DNA of 52,255 bases, from positions 1 to 52,255 of the IMG/VR virus record IMGVR_UViG_3300025154_000016; one strand, given 5' to 3'. The translations under genes and the position numbers were made by a program. Source of the stretch: a virus. Lineage: Duplodnaviria > Caudoviricetes. Under the pieces are notes generated by a model, which saw only the letters and a list, made by a program, of their open reading frames with translations, did no database searches and was not told where the DNA came from. Below, piece after piece: positions 27,801 through 37,021 of the stretch (within the stretch, counting starts at the first letter, position 1; every line of letters starts with the position of its first letter).

Positions 27801-28110
27801 GAGTATTCGAGAGTTAATCTTGAGTCCGACTTCCTACGCCGCCGTTGCACGAGCGGTCGAAGTGAAAGCCGCCCGCACATATATGGATGGTATTGGCGCT
27901 GATCCCGATTTTAGTTATGAGATTATTCGGGTAGCCGCTGAATCAACATCTACCGCGGAAAATCCATGTCGAATACGGAATGCGGATGCCAATGCTAAAT
28001 TAACCTTTTCAGAGACCTACCTCGGTGGGGCGATGGATGGCTTTTTTCATGCCGTTGTGGCGATCTTTGATCCAACCAATACGGGCAGAGGAATAGATAC
28101 ACGGAGTTGA
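24829..28110 (+). CDS. Large virion fibre-like protein with seven ~115-125-aa repeats
   Basis: Thr/Gly/Ala-rich. The repeat consensus is YQE.GL.GKT...TGLT....YYFK.N.DGAG..E...GGDLRCTS...TG.DL...LTGF. AGGTGA SD. Confidence 0.8.
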   Translation: MAAGAKCKVRLFEPSSEYVKKSKCFQDIMQLGVGFSNTLHLFELEYGASFSNGLTEISAPNAVFNGTATSVPLGIVSSNAADDKDSTAVQKVKVISLDSNGEPDITEYTMEGTTAVPIDTYPERLMHMYSTQWGADTDATGNIILARRGYHQLATPADITGDTETGLTANTLYYFKVNINGAGVLEYYITVTTASCTFATLLTLLAAAKAVVGGATISGVTWSLESGDLRCTSNSTLDTASIAITAGTTGTDLLASLTGFSSVDTAVGSGYQEIGLTGITGASETGLTPQAEYYFTIDIDGAGAVEYYITTSTVAVTFDQLISLLNSAILESDDVTVISGVTFSLTGGDIRCTSSSTATTASIDITAGSTGTDLLASLTGFTAVDAEVESGYQEIGLTGKTESTETGLTPSTLYYFTLTLNGGAATEYYITTTTVAVTFTQLLVLLAAAKKVSDDAAISGITFSLSGGDLVATSNERGATSAVLIAAGTTGTDLLATLTDFSAMDAAAYIAYQEVGLSGKETENLTGLLATSQYYFKINVDGAGVTEFDITTSTDLSFTAIIALMNTATTSAATWSLTGGDLRCTSDAVDGTGSIALSAGTTGDDLFAQLTGWSTFDTAQYIGYQEFGLSGKTGSTATGLTTTSTYYYKINIDGAGEAEESIIVTAGSTLFSDIITLLDAGISGAAFTIVGGDLRCTSADTTASAAIALSITALSGTSLFESMTGFSALETAKGSAYQEFGLSGKTGTDATGLTAVQTYYYKANVDGTGVAEKNFNVTAGSTTFTDIMTALNASIAGAVWSVTGGDLRLTSSTSIATSAIALSYASLTGASFIEGLTGFSALETAAGIGYQEFGLTGKTTTTETGLTASNTYYFKVNVNGAGVVEYDITVDTTTDTTYDGIIALMNAALTTGAVGAEFGYPDLKLRCTSDSAAAASAIALSAGSTGLDLFATLTGWTAFESAVAYELYLTIAAGANESDGAALWVPEDWNMSIRELILSPTSYAAVARAVEVKAARTYMDGIGADPDFSYEIIRVAAESTSTAENPCRIRNADANAKLTFSETYLGGAMDGFFHAVVAIFDPTNTGRGIDTRS

Positions 28111-28691
28111 ACAATATGAATCACGGACAAGTTAAACAATTTGAGACCCTGTTAAATCAAGGGGATTTTTCACGTGCGCTCATATTACTCGACAAAATTA
28201 AAACGGATTTGGATCGAAGTAATGTGCGCCGTCGAACTGAGCTGAAAAACATGGAGCAGTTGTTAATCATTCAAGCAGAACAACGAGCAATGCAAGACAA
28301 AATCATGGCAGATGTGCAAAAAGACCATGATACCTTGAAGGAAACATGGGAATATTGCAAAGGACAATTAGCCACCGATAAAAATAAAACCAAAGCCCAA
28401 AATTTAGTGAATGAAGCCGAATATGCACTTAAGGCTCTTAATAAACCCAAATTAGAAGCAATGGATAAACAATTAGAGCAAATTTTGCTTTTAGATCCTT
28501 CGAAAGCGGAATGGGCGGCGAAATTTAAACTCACAGTTGAAAAGATTTTAGGGATTGTGTCGGTTGCTCATCAAACTGATCCTGCGGTGAAAGCTCGGAT
28601 TGAAGCCAAAAAAGAAGTGATTGATCCGAATAAAACCCAACCTCGCAAGAAAAAGGTCCTCAAGACTATCGAAATGGAAGTGGATGAATAA
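28107..28691 (+). CDS. Coiled-coil hypothetical protein in the morphogenesis module
   Basis: 194 aa, helical and charged. Confidence 0.65.
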   Translation: MNNMNHGQVKQFETLLNQGDFSRALILLDKIKTDLDRSNVRRRTELKNMEQLLIIQAEQRAMQDKIMADVQKDHDTLKETWEYCKGQLATDKNKTKAQNLVNEAEYALKALNKPKLEAMDKQLEQILLLDPSKAEWAAKFKLTVEKILGIVSVAHQTDPAVKARIEAKKEVIDPNKTQPRKKKVLKTIEMEVDE

Positions 28692-28724
28692 TCCTTTTTT
28701 TCTCTATAAAGGAGTGGAATACTT

Positions 28725-29150
28725 ATGACCTATGCATCCGTGTCTGAAGTCAAAAACCGATTGTTAAATGCCAATTTAGGGGTAAGTACAAGTATTGTGT
28801 GTACCGATACTGAAATTGCGGATTTACTCACCGAAGCGGATGATATGCTCAATTTTGAGTTAGAAATTACCACCAATACAACCAACGCTTCCTTTACACC
28901 GATTCTCAAAAAAATTGCAATTGATTTAGTGTCTATGTCAATTCTCCGAGGTCGGCATTATAAAGAAACCACGACCGAAGTGAATGTGGAACGTTATTAT
29001 ACCATTACTCCTGATTTTACCCGGGAACATATGCGACGATTACGGCGAATTCGCGAGCGATTACGGGGAGGAAATAATGTTTGGGTGTTTAATACCGCAA
29101 CGGGATTAGAAGTTGATAAAAATGCATCCAATTGGGGAGGGTATTATTAA
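28725..29150 (+). CDS. Head-tail adaptor protein
   Basis: Pattern MTYASVSEVK...LLTEADDMLN...ILKKIAIDL, plus its position. Confidence 0.75.
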   Translation: MTYASVSEVKNRLLNANLGVSTSIVCTDTEIADLLTEADDMLNFELEITTNTTNASFTPILKKIAIDLVSMSILRGRHYKETTTEVNVERYYTITPDFTREHMRRLRRIRERLRGGNNVWVFNTATGLEVDKNASNWGGYY

Positions 29151-29860
29151 TGGTGGATTTTAGTGAACTCTCTACAGAACTCAATGCGAGTTGGCATCAT
29201 GATTTTCCGATTACAGGAACCGAAGATTTGAGCGCGGGGCATAATTGTAGTGTCGATACTCATAATTTTGGGATTTCATATGATGGAGGTGCTGTTGCAA
29301 CAATAACATTAGACCAAAATTATACTTTAGCCACATTAATTACCGCGTTACAAACCAAAATTGATGCGGGTATTGGGTCCAGTTTAGTGACCGTATCTTC
29401 GACATCATCAATGTATATTACCTTTGAATTAATCGGTGGACATTATATTACCTTAAGTGCGGGTGCATTAGACTTTTTAGTCGTGATGGGTATAACTGCG
29501 GGAACTTATCATGCGACCATTGCCGAACCGACCTTTTTAGACGGGTCCCTTATTAAAGCCACCAAATATGTCGATACCCAAGTCATTATCGATATCAACG
29601 GGGATATCAATTTAGGCCCTCGTGCAACAAACAATACCTTACAAATGCGATCTCAATTTTTTACCATTAATATTCCCGCATCTTCTCGTTCTAATTTAGA
29701 ACAATTAGTTGGGGAAACCCGACGGATTATTTTAGCTAAAGCGATCAGCGGAGGAATGTGGAAAGTGAATAAAATTAATAATGTCAAAAAAGCAACCATG
29801 TTGCAAGCGGATTTATATTGTGAAGAAGTAAAACTCATAGCAAGTAGTGGATGGGATTAA
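29150..29860 (+). CDS. Putative neck/tail-completion protein with an inserted beta module
   Basis: Lies between the adaptor and the tail tube, with TAATG coupling. The C-terminal SRSNLEQLVGETRRII resembles tail terminators. Confidence 0.55.
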   Translation: MVDFSELSTELNASWHHDFPITGTEDLSAGHNCSVDTHNFGISYDGGAVATITLDQNYTLATLITALQTKIDAGIGSSLVTVSSTSSMYITFELIGGHYITLSAGALDFLVVMGITAGTYHATIAEPTFLDGSLIKATKYVDTQVIIDINGDINLGPRATNNTLQMRSQFFTINIPASSRSNLEQLVGETRRIILAKAISGGMWKVNKINNVKKATMLQADLYCEEVKLIASSGWD

Positions 29861-30807
29861 TCATGACCGATTCAGTCGTCTTACATACAAGTACAACCAA
29901 AGTGGGATGGTCGACCGAGACCAATTATGCGGGAGGCGTAGCGGGTGTCAAATATGCGTGTACGCAAATTGCAAACGATGCTTCCCTAACTGCATTAAAT
30001 CTTCAAAAAGAAGATTTAAATTTAGGGTTTGCCGAAGTCGAACGGGTACAAATCAAACCAGCAACCGCCGCACCCGATACCAAATTTATTCTCAATAAAG
30101 GATATCGATATAAAGAATTTACTATTTCGCAATATGTCCAGAATGAAACATGGGCTGCGCAAGCGGGTGCAACCATTACTCCCGGCACATTACCGACATC
30201 TTATTGTTTCCATTGTGAATTATTAGGGGTAAATGGAGTGATTGATTATTTCGATATCTTTGGTTGTGTGTTAATTAATTATGAACTCGATCAATCCGAA
30301 AGCGATTTTCCAACAGAGAAATTAACGTTCTCATATTATGATGTCAAAGATGGGGTTGCTCATTCAACCTTAGCAGGTTGGCTTGCGACTGCACCTTCTA
30401 CCCATAAAGATATTGGGTTATCAATTGATGCCGAAGCGGTGTTAAGCGTGTTAAAGAGTAATCTTAAAATTACCATCAATACTTTGGATAAAATGGTTGC
30501 CACGAAATACCAACGCTTTGATCCGCATATTATGAGTCGGGATGTCGATTTAGAAGCGACCTTTTACGCCAATCAAACCGTAGAAAAATCTGTGGTGGGG
30601 GATGAGTTGGCATTAGGGGGAACCTTAACTGCGTTAAATGAAGTTGCAATTGCCTATACTTACAATTCCGCTTCAGCGAATCTTTCTGCGTCTAAAATGT
30701 ATGTGGAAACCTCTTCAATTGGGAAGATTCCCGCAGAAATGGGTATTTATGAAATTAGTGTCACGATGAAATCGGGAACCGCAAACGTTGTTGCTCATAA
30801 TACATAG
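29851..30807 (+). CDS. Major tail tube protein
   Basis: 318 aa, beta-rich, with N-terminal KVGWSTETNYAG, followed by a chaperone pair and the tape measure gene. The probable start is 29863. Confidence 0.7.
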   Translation: MGLIMTDSVVLHTSTTKVGWSTETNYAGGVAGVKYACTQIANDASLTALNLQKEDLNLGFAEVERVQIKPATAAPDTKFILNKGYRYKEFTISQYVQNETWAAQAGATITPGTLPTSYCFHCELLGVNGVIDYFDIFGCVLINYELDQSESDFPTEKLTFSYYDVKDGVAHSTLAGWLATAPSTHKDIGLSIDAEAVLSVLKSNLKITINTLDKMVATKYQRFDPHIMSRDVDLEATFYANQTVEKSVVGDELALGGTLTALNEVAIAYTYNSASANLSASKMYVETSSIGKIPAEMGIYEISVTMKSGTANVVAHNT

Positions 30808-30818
30808 GAGTTGTTAAT

Positions 30819-31229
30819 ATGTTGATTAAATTAAAAAATGGAACTGAATTCCAGTTTATGGATAAACCCACTATGGGTGTCTTTTATGCGATTTTACCTT
30901 TACGGGAAAAGATTGCGTTAGAAGTCCAGAAAAAGAAAAAAGAATTGAAATTATTATCGGAAGAAGATCAAATTCAATTACAATCACAAATCGATGCATT
31001 AATTGCCAAAATCAAAGAATCCAATCCAAATCTTGATGAAAAGCAATATCGTGAAAGTATGGAACTCATGCAATTAATTCCTCAAATGCTCTTTTATCAA
31101 TATTTAGATACAATCATTCAAGCCAGTGCGATGAAAGCGATTGAGATTAAAAATCTGACCATTGATGATTATAACGAGTTGATTCAACATCCCGACTTTC
31201 AGCGATTGCTCTTAATGGCGAATGGATAG
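30819..31229 (+). CDS. Tail assembly chaperone (G-like)
   Basis: Lies between the tail tube and tape measure genes and is helical. Confidence 0.65.
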   Translation: MLIKLKNGTEFQFMDKPTMGVFYAILPLREKIALEVQKKKKELKLLSEEDQIQLQSQIDALIAKIKESNPNLDEKQYRESMELMQLIPQMLFYQYLDTIIQASAMKAIEIKNLTIDDYNELIQHPDFQRLLLMANG

Positions 31230-31499
31230 GTGAGTTCGATACCGCAACTCACGGATGAAATGATGTTTTTTTTGATGGTGATTTGCCATCAACCCTATTC
31301 CGAAATTGTTGGGGAAGTTGATCCTGACGGGTTTGTTCGGAAACAAGGGATTCCGTTTGAATTGGTGCAAAGTCTGATGAAAATCTTTGAAGAAAAACTA
31401 AATGCGATCTTTGGGAAATCCAAAAAAGATAATCTTCGCAAATTTGTAACGGGCATTGATCGGCAAGCGTTTGAAGACCTCTGGAGGCCAAAAGAATGA
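31230..31499 (+). CDS. Tail assembly chaperone, second part (T-like)
   Basis: In frame directly after the TAG of the upstream chaperone and overlaps the tape measure start. Confidence 0.6.
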   Translation: MSSIPQLTDEMMFFLMVICHQPYSEIVGEVDPDGFVRKQGIPFELVQSLMKIFEEKLNAIFGKSKKDNLRKFVTGIDRQAFEDLWRPKE

Positions 31500-32659
31500 G
31501 TCAAAATACAAATCAACCCACAGTAATTCAAGCACCTGATAATGCCTTATTAACCAATCTTACGCTTCAAATGGTCAATATGTTGGGACAACAAACCACG
31601 TTGTTTAAAAACATGACCACCATTATGAGTACGCTTTCGCAAGGGTTTAATGCCTTAACCCAAGCGATTCGGAAGAATACCGAAGTCATGATGAAATTGA
31701 CGGTGGGTCCAAAAGTGGGAATGGCTAATATCTTAAGCGGAGCCTTACCCAAATCGCCCGCAACCGCTCAAAAATTTACTGATATTGATGCATGGTTAAA
31801 AGGCGCATTTACAACCATGTTACCCGTAATTCCTTCTTCGACTTTAACAGGCCCAGGAGGAGTTCAAGCGTTAACTGCAGCAAAACCATCTAACGAAGAT
31901 GCGATCATGTCGGCTTTGAAGAGTTTATTTCAATCCAATAAAGCGTATAATATTCAACAAGTTGATTTAGGAAAACCAATGGCACAAGTCGGCAAATTAG
32001 GACAAGGATTAGTGCAAGCGGGAAAATTTGCAGCGCCGTTGGCATCATCGTTTGGGGCTATGTTTCCTCAAATGGCAGCTATGGCTTTAGTGATGGAACC
32101 GATTGTTGCGTTTATTGGTGGATTGTTAGAACCATTTAGTATGATTACCGATATGTTTGGAGCGTTTGGAGAAATATTAGGTCAAGCATTTCTACCGATT
32201 TTACAAGATGCTATTATGCCGCTATTACAAGCGTTTATGCCGATTTTCGTGAGTTTAGCGCAAGTATTAGCACCGATTATTCAACTCTTATTTAGTTTTA
32301 GTGGGATTGGGATTTTGATTCAAATTATTACTCCGTTAATGCCCATTTTACAATTATTGTTTAGTGCCTTAGGACAAATTATGACTGCGTTAAATCCTCT
32401 CTTTGAAGTGTTTAGTTCCATTATTTCGTTAGGGATTGGTGCAGTGTTAAATTGGATTGTAGGATTATTTGGAGATTTAACGGGTGCTGCAGATGGGTTT
32501 GCGAATGCAATTAAATCTTTAGGGGATTGGATTGAGAAAGTTGCGCAAATGATTAAAGGATTCTTTGAATTCTTATCGGGAGATATATCATGGCAAGGCT
32601 ATCAAGCTCGGGGTGTTGAAGTCACGGGCGGGGGAGCCGATAAAAAGGGGTGGTTTTAA
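31496..32659 (+). CDS. Short tape measure protein
   Basis: Amphipathic Leu/Pro/Ala/Gly repeats (LLEPF, FLPIL, FMPIF, LAPII, LMPIL, LNPLF), plus its position. Confidence 0.8.
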   Translation: MSQNTNQPTVIQAPDNALLTNLTLQMVNMLGQQTTLFKNMTTIMSTLSQGFNALTQAIRKNTEVMMKLTVGPKVGMANILSGALPKSPATAQKFTDIDAWLKGAFTTMLPVIPSSTLTGPGGVQALTAAKPSNEDAIMSALKSLFQSNKAYNIQQVDLGKPMAQVGKLGQGLVQAGKFAAPLASSFGAMFPQMAAMALVMEPIVAFIGGLLEPFSMITDMFGAFGEILGQAFLPILQDAIMPLLQAFMPIFVSLAQVLAPIIQLLFSFSGIGILIQIITPLMPILQLLFSALGQIMTALNPLFEVFSSIISLGIGAVLNWIVGLFGDLTGAADGFANAIKSLGDWIEKVAQMIKGFFEFLSGDISWQGYQARGVEVTGGGADKKGWF

Positions 32660-33150
32660 TGACCGATTATGATTCAACAGTGTATGGAATTTGTATTTCC
32701 ACATCGATTACGGGTTCGGGAACCACTGCGTATCCCGCGGGGGATCGAATGTTTTTTATAACCGATAAAATTAATGGGAATGAAACCTTTCTCCAGAAAA
32801 TTAAAGAAGTTGCGGGAGGCAATTCTTATTCGAATAAAGACGGTAAACGCACATGTATTATAACTTTAGGGGATTGTCCTATTGTAAGCGGGTCTTCTGT
32901 CTTTAATACAATGATTCCGAAATTGAAGGATGAACACCGAGCGGGGCAAGGGGTCTTATATTTTTGGATTAAAACCTTAAGTAGTGGCGCACCGAATTGG
33001 GGTGCTGCTGCAAATACATTATATATTGGATATACGGCAGCGGGAGCAGAAACCAACTATATGAGTGGGTATTGCACGACTTTCAAATGGGAAATCGAAG
33101 GGAATTTATATTGGATTAAAAGTTTGAGTTTTAAGGAGTGTTTGGTTTGA
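32659..33150 (+). CDS. Putative distal tail protein
   Basis: A beta-rich protein directly after the tape measure gene, with TAATG coupling. Confidence 0.5.
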   Translation: MTDYDSTVYGICISTSITGSGTTAYPAGDRMFFITDKINGNETFLQKIKEVAGGNSYSNKDGKRTCIITLGDCPIVSGSSVFNTMIPKLKDEHRAGQGVLYFWIKTLSSGAPNWGAAANTLYIGYTAAGAETNYMSGYCTTFKWEIEGNLYWIKSLSFKECLV

Positions 33151-36100
33151 TATGGTACTCATTTTTTATAATATTATTAACAATAACACCAATAGGAGAA
33201 ACAAATATGGTTAAAAAATTAGATGCAGTAGATAGCACAATTGATTTAGATATAACTAAAAGTGGAATTCGAAACATTTGGTTTGATGGAACCTATTATT
33301 TTATCGCTGATGTCGTTTTAGGAACGGGAAAGATCTATCGTTATAATTCTTCATGGGGTTCAAAAACAGAAGTCTGGTCGGGAACGATCTTTAAACAAGC
33401 CACTAATCAAGTTTCAGCAATCCCTTCAATCGGATATGTTAATTCTACATATTATGTTTTATTTTCTACAACATCTGGGGATGGAGCTTTATCCTATAAT
33501 AATATGGCGGTTCGCGTAGTCTCATCGACTGCGGGAGGAGGGGCAGCCACATGGACAGCCACAACTATTATTGATTCTGCTCCAGGTATAGCTCCCGTTA
33601 TAAATCAAATTCAAATTTTAGGAATTAGTACGACCCCTTATTTAGCGATAATTGGAGGCGCAAGTGGATCATCTAAATCTGGGTTAGCCATGACAGATAT
33701 AGATGGAGTACCTTTACATGTTTTGACATCTACAGGGCAATATACGGGATGTTTTTCTGATGGTACATACATCTGGTTTTTACATTGGTTAGCCGCAAAT
33801 ACATATGCAATCTATAAATGGTCGGCTGCGGGCGGCTTTGTTAGTGATTCAACTCCAACTTTAACGGGAGGATCGAATATTAATATGGATTATGCTCAAT
33901 ATTGGCGTGTAGGTCCTGCCCAATACATTATCTGGAAAGATATTTTTTATTATTGGTTGAATACAACCGATGGGTGGAAATTAGTGCCTAATTTAGATTC
34001 AGATAATCCTATTCCGCATTGGTCATTAGATGGCACCACGTTAGAAATTAATGCGGTCACGTATGGCAATCGCTATATAGAAGTCTTTGGATCGCAAATT
34101 GGAATGTATGCGTTATCCACCACATTAGTGCCAAAATTTGCATGGGATACCTATGTGGGAGAAGCAACTAATTTATATCAAATTACGACTGTGTCAGATA
34201 CAACCATCTTTGGCAAAGGAACTTATAAAATTGAAACGTATCCAACAGCCGATTTAGATTATCCGATCGAACCCTTTGAAGATCAAGCGATTAAACTCTA
34301 CGATTCCAACGATACCCAATTGATTCGGGGTTCCATGACCATCAGTAATGATGATAATATTGCCCCGTATATTATAACGGTGGAATCCTTTGCCAAAATT
34401 GATTTAAGTAAACCGATTACCTATTCGGGTACGAATAAAACTTTAGATGAAGCGATTACGGCAATCTTACCCTTAAATTGTGATTATATCATTAAAGGGA
34501 CATTTTCCACATCTGCTACGCCCCGGGATTATTCATGTATTGATATTCAACTCCAAGATTTGTTAACCGATTGGTGTCATGCCGATGGTAAAATTTGGTA
34601 TCTCGATGGGGAAGATCAACTCTATATTGATGCGGGAGCGGAAGATTCAACCAAAGATGTCTTAAGTGCGTCAGGGGTGTTTTGTGACATTAAACCCGCT
34701 CGGTTATTAAAGAAAGTCGGGACTGTCGAAGTGTGGGGGCAAGATGGGGCGTATTATAAGAAATCTTCAAATACTTCAAATGGGTATGTGTCGGATATTA
34801 AATACAGTATGCCTCAAGCTCAGATTGAAGAATGGGCAAATAGCGTCTTAACTAATACCTCCGTGAAAGTCCAACAATATATCTTAGGGAATGTGAATGT
34901 GGGGTTCTTTATTATTGGACAACAGATTACGCTCGAACAGAATTTTGCACCTTATAATATTACTTCCGATCAATATTATACCAAAGAAGGGGTGTTTGAT
35001 TATGTGACCGAACAATGGGACAAGATTATTGTACATGATGTGTTGCATTATTCGGTGGAAGCAATGGAACTTTCGGTTGAAAAAGTCGAAGATCATGTCA
35101 CGTATGTGGAAAATCGAATCGGAGAAGTGATTGAGACCGAGGTTGTGAAAGTGGATTCTTCGATTTCAAGCACGGTCGATGACTACAAGCGGGCGGGGGC
35201 ATTGGAGTGGGGTAGTTCGGGTGATCCCACTATTGGATCTATTGTAGAGCAAACCAATTGTGATGTGTCGATTCAAAGTAATTATTTGGATCATAATTAT
35301 CCATTAGAAATCTCCGATCAAGATGCCAGTTATTATGGACGTTGGTATTATGATTTCGGTGCAACATCAACACCTCAATATTTTAGTTGTTGGGTATCTG
35401 TTGATACAGCAGCTAAATCAACTTATTTATCAATTACTGCAAATGCATCTGGATTTACTACAGCTAATTTATCATTATTTCTGATCTTTGAATCAGATAA
35501 TAATATTAAAATCTACAATGGAGCAACATTAACAACAATCATGGCATACAGCCCAGCGACATGGTATCATATTGAATCATATTTAGATTGCTCAACTGAT
35601 ACATATACTTTATTTATTGATGGCACATATATCAATACATATGCTTTTAGAACAGTATTATCTGAAATACAATTTGTTACATTTTCAACTGTTGCTGGAA
35701 CTACTGGTTATAAATCCTATTTAGATGCGGTTTATATTGGCACAGACTACAAAGCCGCATGGGGTTCGCTCTATCCCGATCCGATCTTGAGTCGGCAATT
35801 GATTGCAGAAGATGGTTTTCGGCATGTGGATCGCTTTACAGACCAAGAAGTGGCGGGGGTCAAGACGTTTAGTGACTATATTCTGCTTTCTACCCCTTCC
35901 GCATTTTGTGTGGATAAAAATGATGCTCAAGCAATTCCTACGGCAGATGATACCAAAATAGCATTTGATGATGAAGATTATGATGATAATAGCGAATATG
36001 ATGCAGCAACTAATTATCGGTTTACGTGTAAGCGGGCGGGACTTTATCATTTTGATACCAGTGTATTATTAGCGGCTTCGGCTTGGACGGCGGGACAATA

Positions 36101-36326
36101 TACGTGGATTGCATTTTATAAGGGTGGTTCTAATTATAGAGTAGTTGATTCTTTTGAAATCGAAGCAAATGGTACGTTTGAGGTTCAATTATCAGGATCA
36201 ATGGATATTAAACTTGCGATTAATGATTATATTGAAGTTTGGGTTTACCATACGCGAGGAGCAGATACAAACACATCAGCCAGTGCGTTATATAATTATT
36301 TCAACGGACATCGGGTGATTGGATAA
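33138..36326 (+). CDS. Tail tip/receptor-binding protein (propeller-like N-terminus, hub-like middle, ConA-like domain, C-terminal C1q-like domain)
   Basis: Hub-like KIWYLDGEDQLYI, ConA-like TWYHIESYLDCSTDTYTLFIDG, and C1q-like KIAFDDEDYD...RFTCKRAGLYHF...IKLAINDYIEVWVY. The probable start is MVKK at 33207 after AGGAG. Confidence 0.75.
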   Translation: MFGLIWYSFFIILLTITPIGETNMVKKLDAVDSTIDLDITKSGIRNIWFDGTYYFIADVVLGTGKIYRYNSSWGSKTEVWSGTIFKQATNQVSAIPSIGYVNSTYYVLFSTTSGDGALSYNNMAVRVVSSTAGGGAATWTATTIIDSAPGIAPVINQIQILGISTTPYLAIIGGASGSSKSGLAMTDIDGVPLHVLTSTGQYTGCFSDGTYIWFLHWLAANTYAIYKWSAAGGFVSDSTPTLTGGSNINMDYAQYWRVGPAQYIIWKDIFYYWLNTTDGWKLVPNLDSDNPIPHWSLDGTTLEINAVTYGNRYIEVFGSQIGMYALSTTLVPKFAWDTYVGEATNLYQITTVSDTTIFGKGTYKIETYPTADLDYPIEPFEDQAIKLYDSNDTQLIRGSMTISNDDNIAPYIITVESFAKIDLSKPITYSGTNKTLDEAITAILPLNCDYIIKGTFSTSATPRDYSCIDIQLQDLLTDWCHADGKIWYLDGEDQLYIDAGAEDSTKDVLSASGVFCDIKPARLLKKVGTVEVWGQDGAYYKKSSNTSNGYVSDIKYSMPQAQIEEWANSVLTNTSVKVQQYILGNVNVGFFIIGQQITLEQNFAPYNITSDQYYTKEGVFDYVTEQWDKIIVHDVLHYSVEAMELSVEKVEDHVTYVENRIGEVIETEVVKVDSSISSTVDDYKRAGALEWGSSGDPTIGSIVEQTNCDVSIQSNYLDHNYPLEISDQDASYYGRWYYDFGATSTPQYFSCWVSVDTAAKSTYLSITANASGFTTANLSLFLIFESDNNIKIYNGATLTTIMAYSPATWYHIESYLDCSTDTYTLFIDGTYINTYAFRTVLSEIQFVTFSTVAGTTGYKSYLDAVYIGTDYKAAWGSLYPDPILSRQLIAEDGFRHVDRFTDQEVAGVKTFSDYILLSTPSAFCVDKNDAQAIPTADDTKIAFDDEDYDDNSEYDAATNYRFTCKRAGLYHFDTSVLLAASAWTAGQYTWIAFYKGGSNYRVVDSFEIEANGTFEVQLSGSMDIKLAINDYIEVWVYHTRGADTNTSASALYNYFNGHRVIG

Positions 36327-36475
36327 TGAATAACAATCATTTAGATTATAACGAATTAGAAAACTATGCAAAAACATTAGAGCAGCGGATCGCCACGCTC
36401 GAAGGATTAGTCTTGGAAATGCGTAACGATCTTAAAACAATCAAGGAAGCGATACAAGATGCCCAAAAACCATAG
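36326..36475 (+). CDS. Small coiled-coil protein (49 aa, not in the ORF track)
   Basis: MNNNHLDYNELENYAKTLEQRIATLEGLVLEMRNDLKTIKEAIQDAQKP, with a GGTGA SD and TAATG overlap. Confidence 0.6.
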   Translation: MNNNHLDYNELENYAKTLEQRIATLEGLVLEMRNDLKTIKEAIQDAQKP

Positions 36476-36533
36476 TTTGTTATATTATCAAGCCTATTAT
36501 TTTTTTCATAAACACAAAAAGAGGAAATCCAAA

Positions 36534-36950
36534 ATGAGTGAACCAATTGATCACCCCATTGTCGAATCAAATCCGACACCCAAGCCGTCTCCGTTTCCTA
36601 TTTCCATCGAGAATACAGAGAAGAAAGAGATCCCACCCATTACCGCAACGAAAATCGATAAATTTAGTCAAACTGCGAAAAAGTTGGGATTCGTGAAAAT
36701 ATCCAAATATTCCTTTGAAAAGGTCTTTTGGGTGGTGGCATGGTTACAATTCCTTTCCGCTACCCTTATGATTTGTATCGAATACCTTTCCAGTGTAGGA
36801 TTAGTCTGGAACGTGATTGCATTTACGGGACTCTTAATCTCGATGATCCGATCGTTTAATATTGTCGTGGTCGGAGCAATGATTAAATTCTTTAGCTCGT
36901 TGTTAGATAAAAAGAATGCCGATGAAACCGTTCCCGAACAAATCATCTAA
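36534..36950 (+). CDS. Two-TM membrane protein (holin-like candidate)
   Basis: Hydrophobic segments VFWVVAWLQFLSATLMICI and LVWNVIAFTGLLISMI. It is the last late gene before a T-run and has a GAGG SD before MSEP. Confidence 0.55.
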   Translation: MSEPIDHPIVESNPTPKPSPFPISIENTEKKEIPPITATKIDKFSQTAKKLGFVKISKYSFEKVFWVVAWLQFLSATLMICIEYLSSVGLVWNVIAFTGLLISMIRSFNIVVVGAMIKFFSSLLDKKNADETVPEQII

Positions 36951-36985
36951 AGTTTTTTTAAAATCTCTTTTTTTCTTTCTTTTCC
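36951..36985 (+). terminator. Oligo-T terminator of the late operon
   Basis: GTTTTTTTAAAATCTCTTTTTTCTTTCTTTTCC after the stop codon. Confidence 0.55.
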
Positions 36986-37021
36986 TAACCTTTATTTAGT
37001 TGCTCTCGATCTTAAGATCAT

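Noticed and set aside
33138-36326. Diversity-generating retroelement target in the tail tip gene
   Set aside because: I saw no reverse transcriptase and no template/variable repeat pair anywhere in the genome.
17797-36946. Numerous antisense and alternate-frame ORFs inside structural genes
   Set aside because: They are shadow ORFs overlapping well-supported genes, with no SD sites or motifs.
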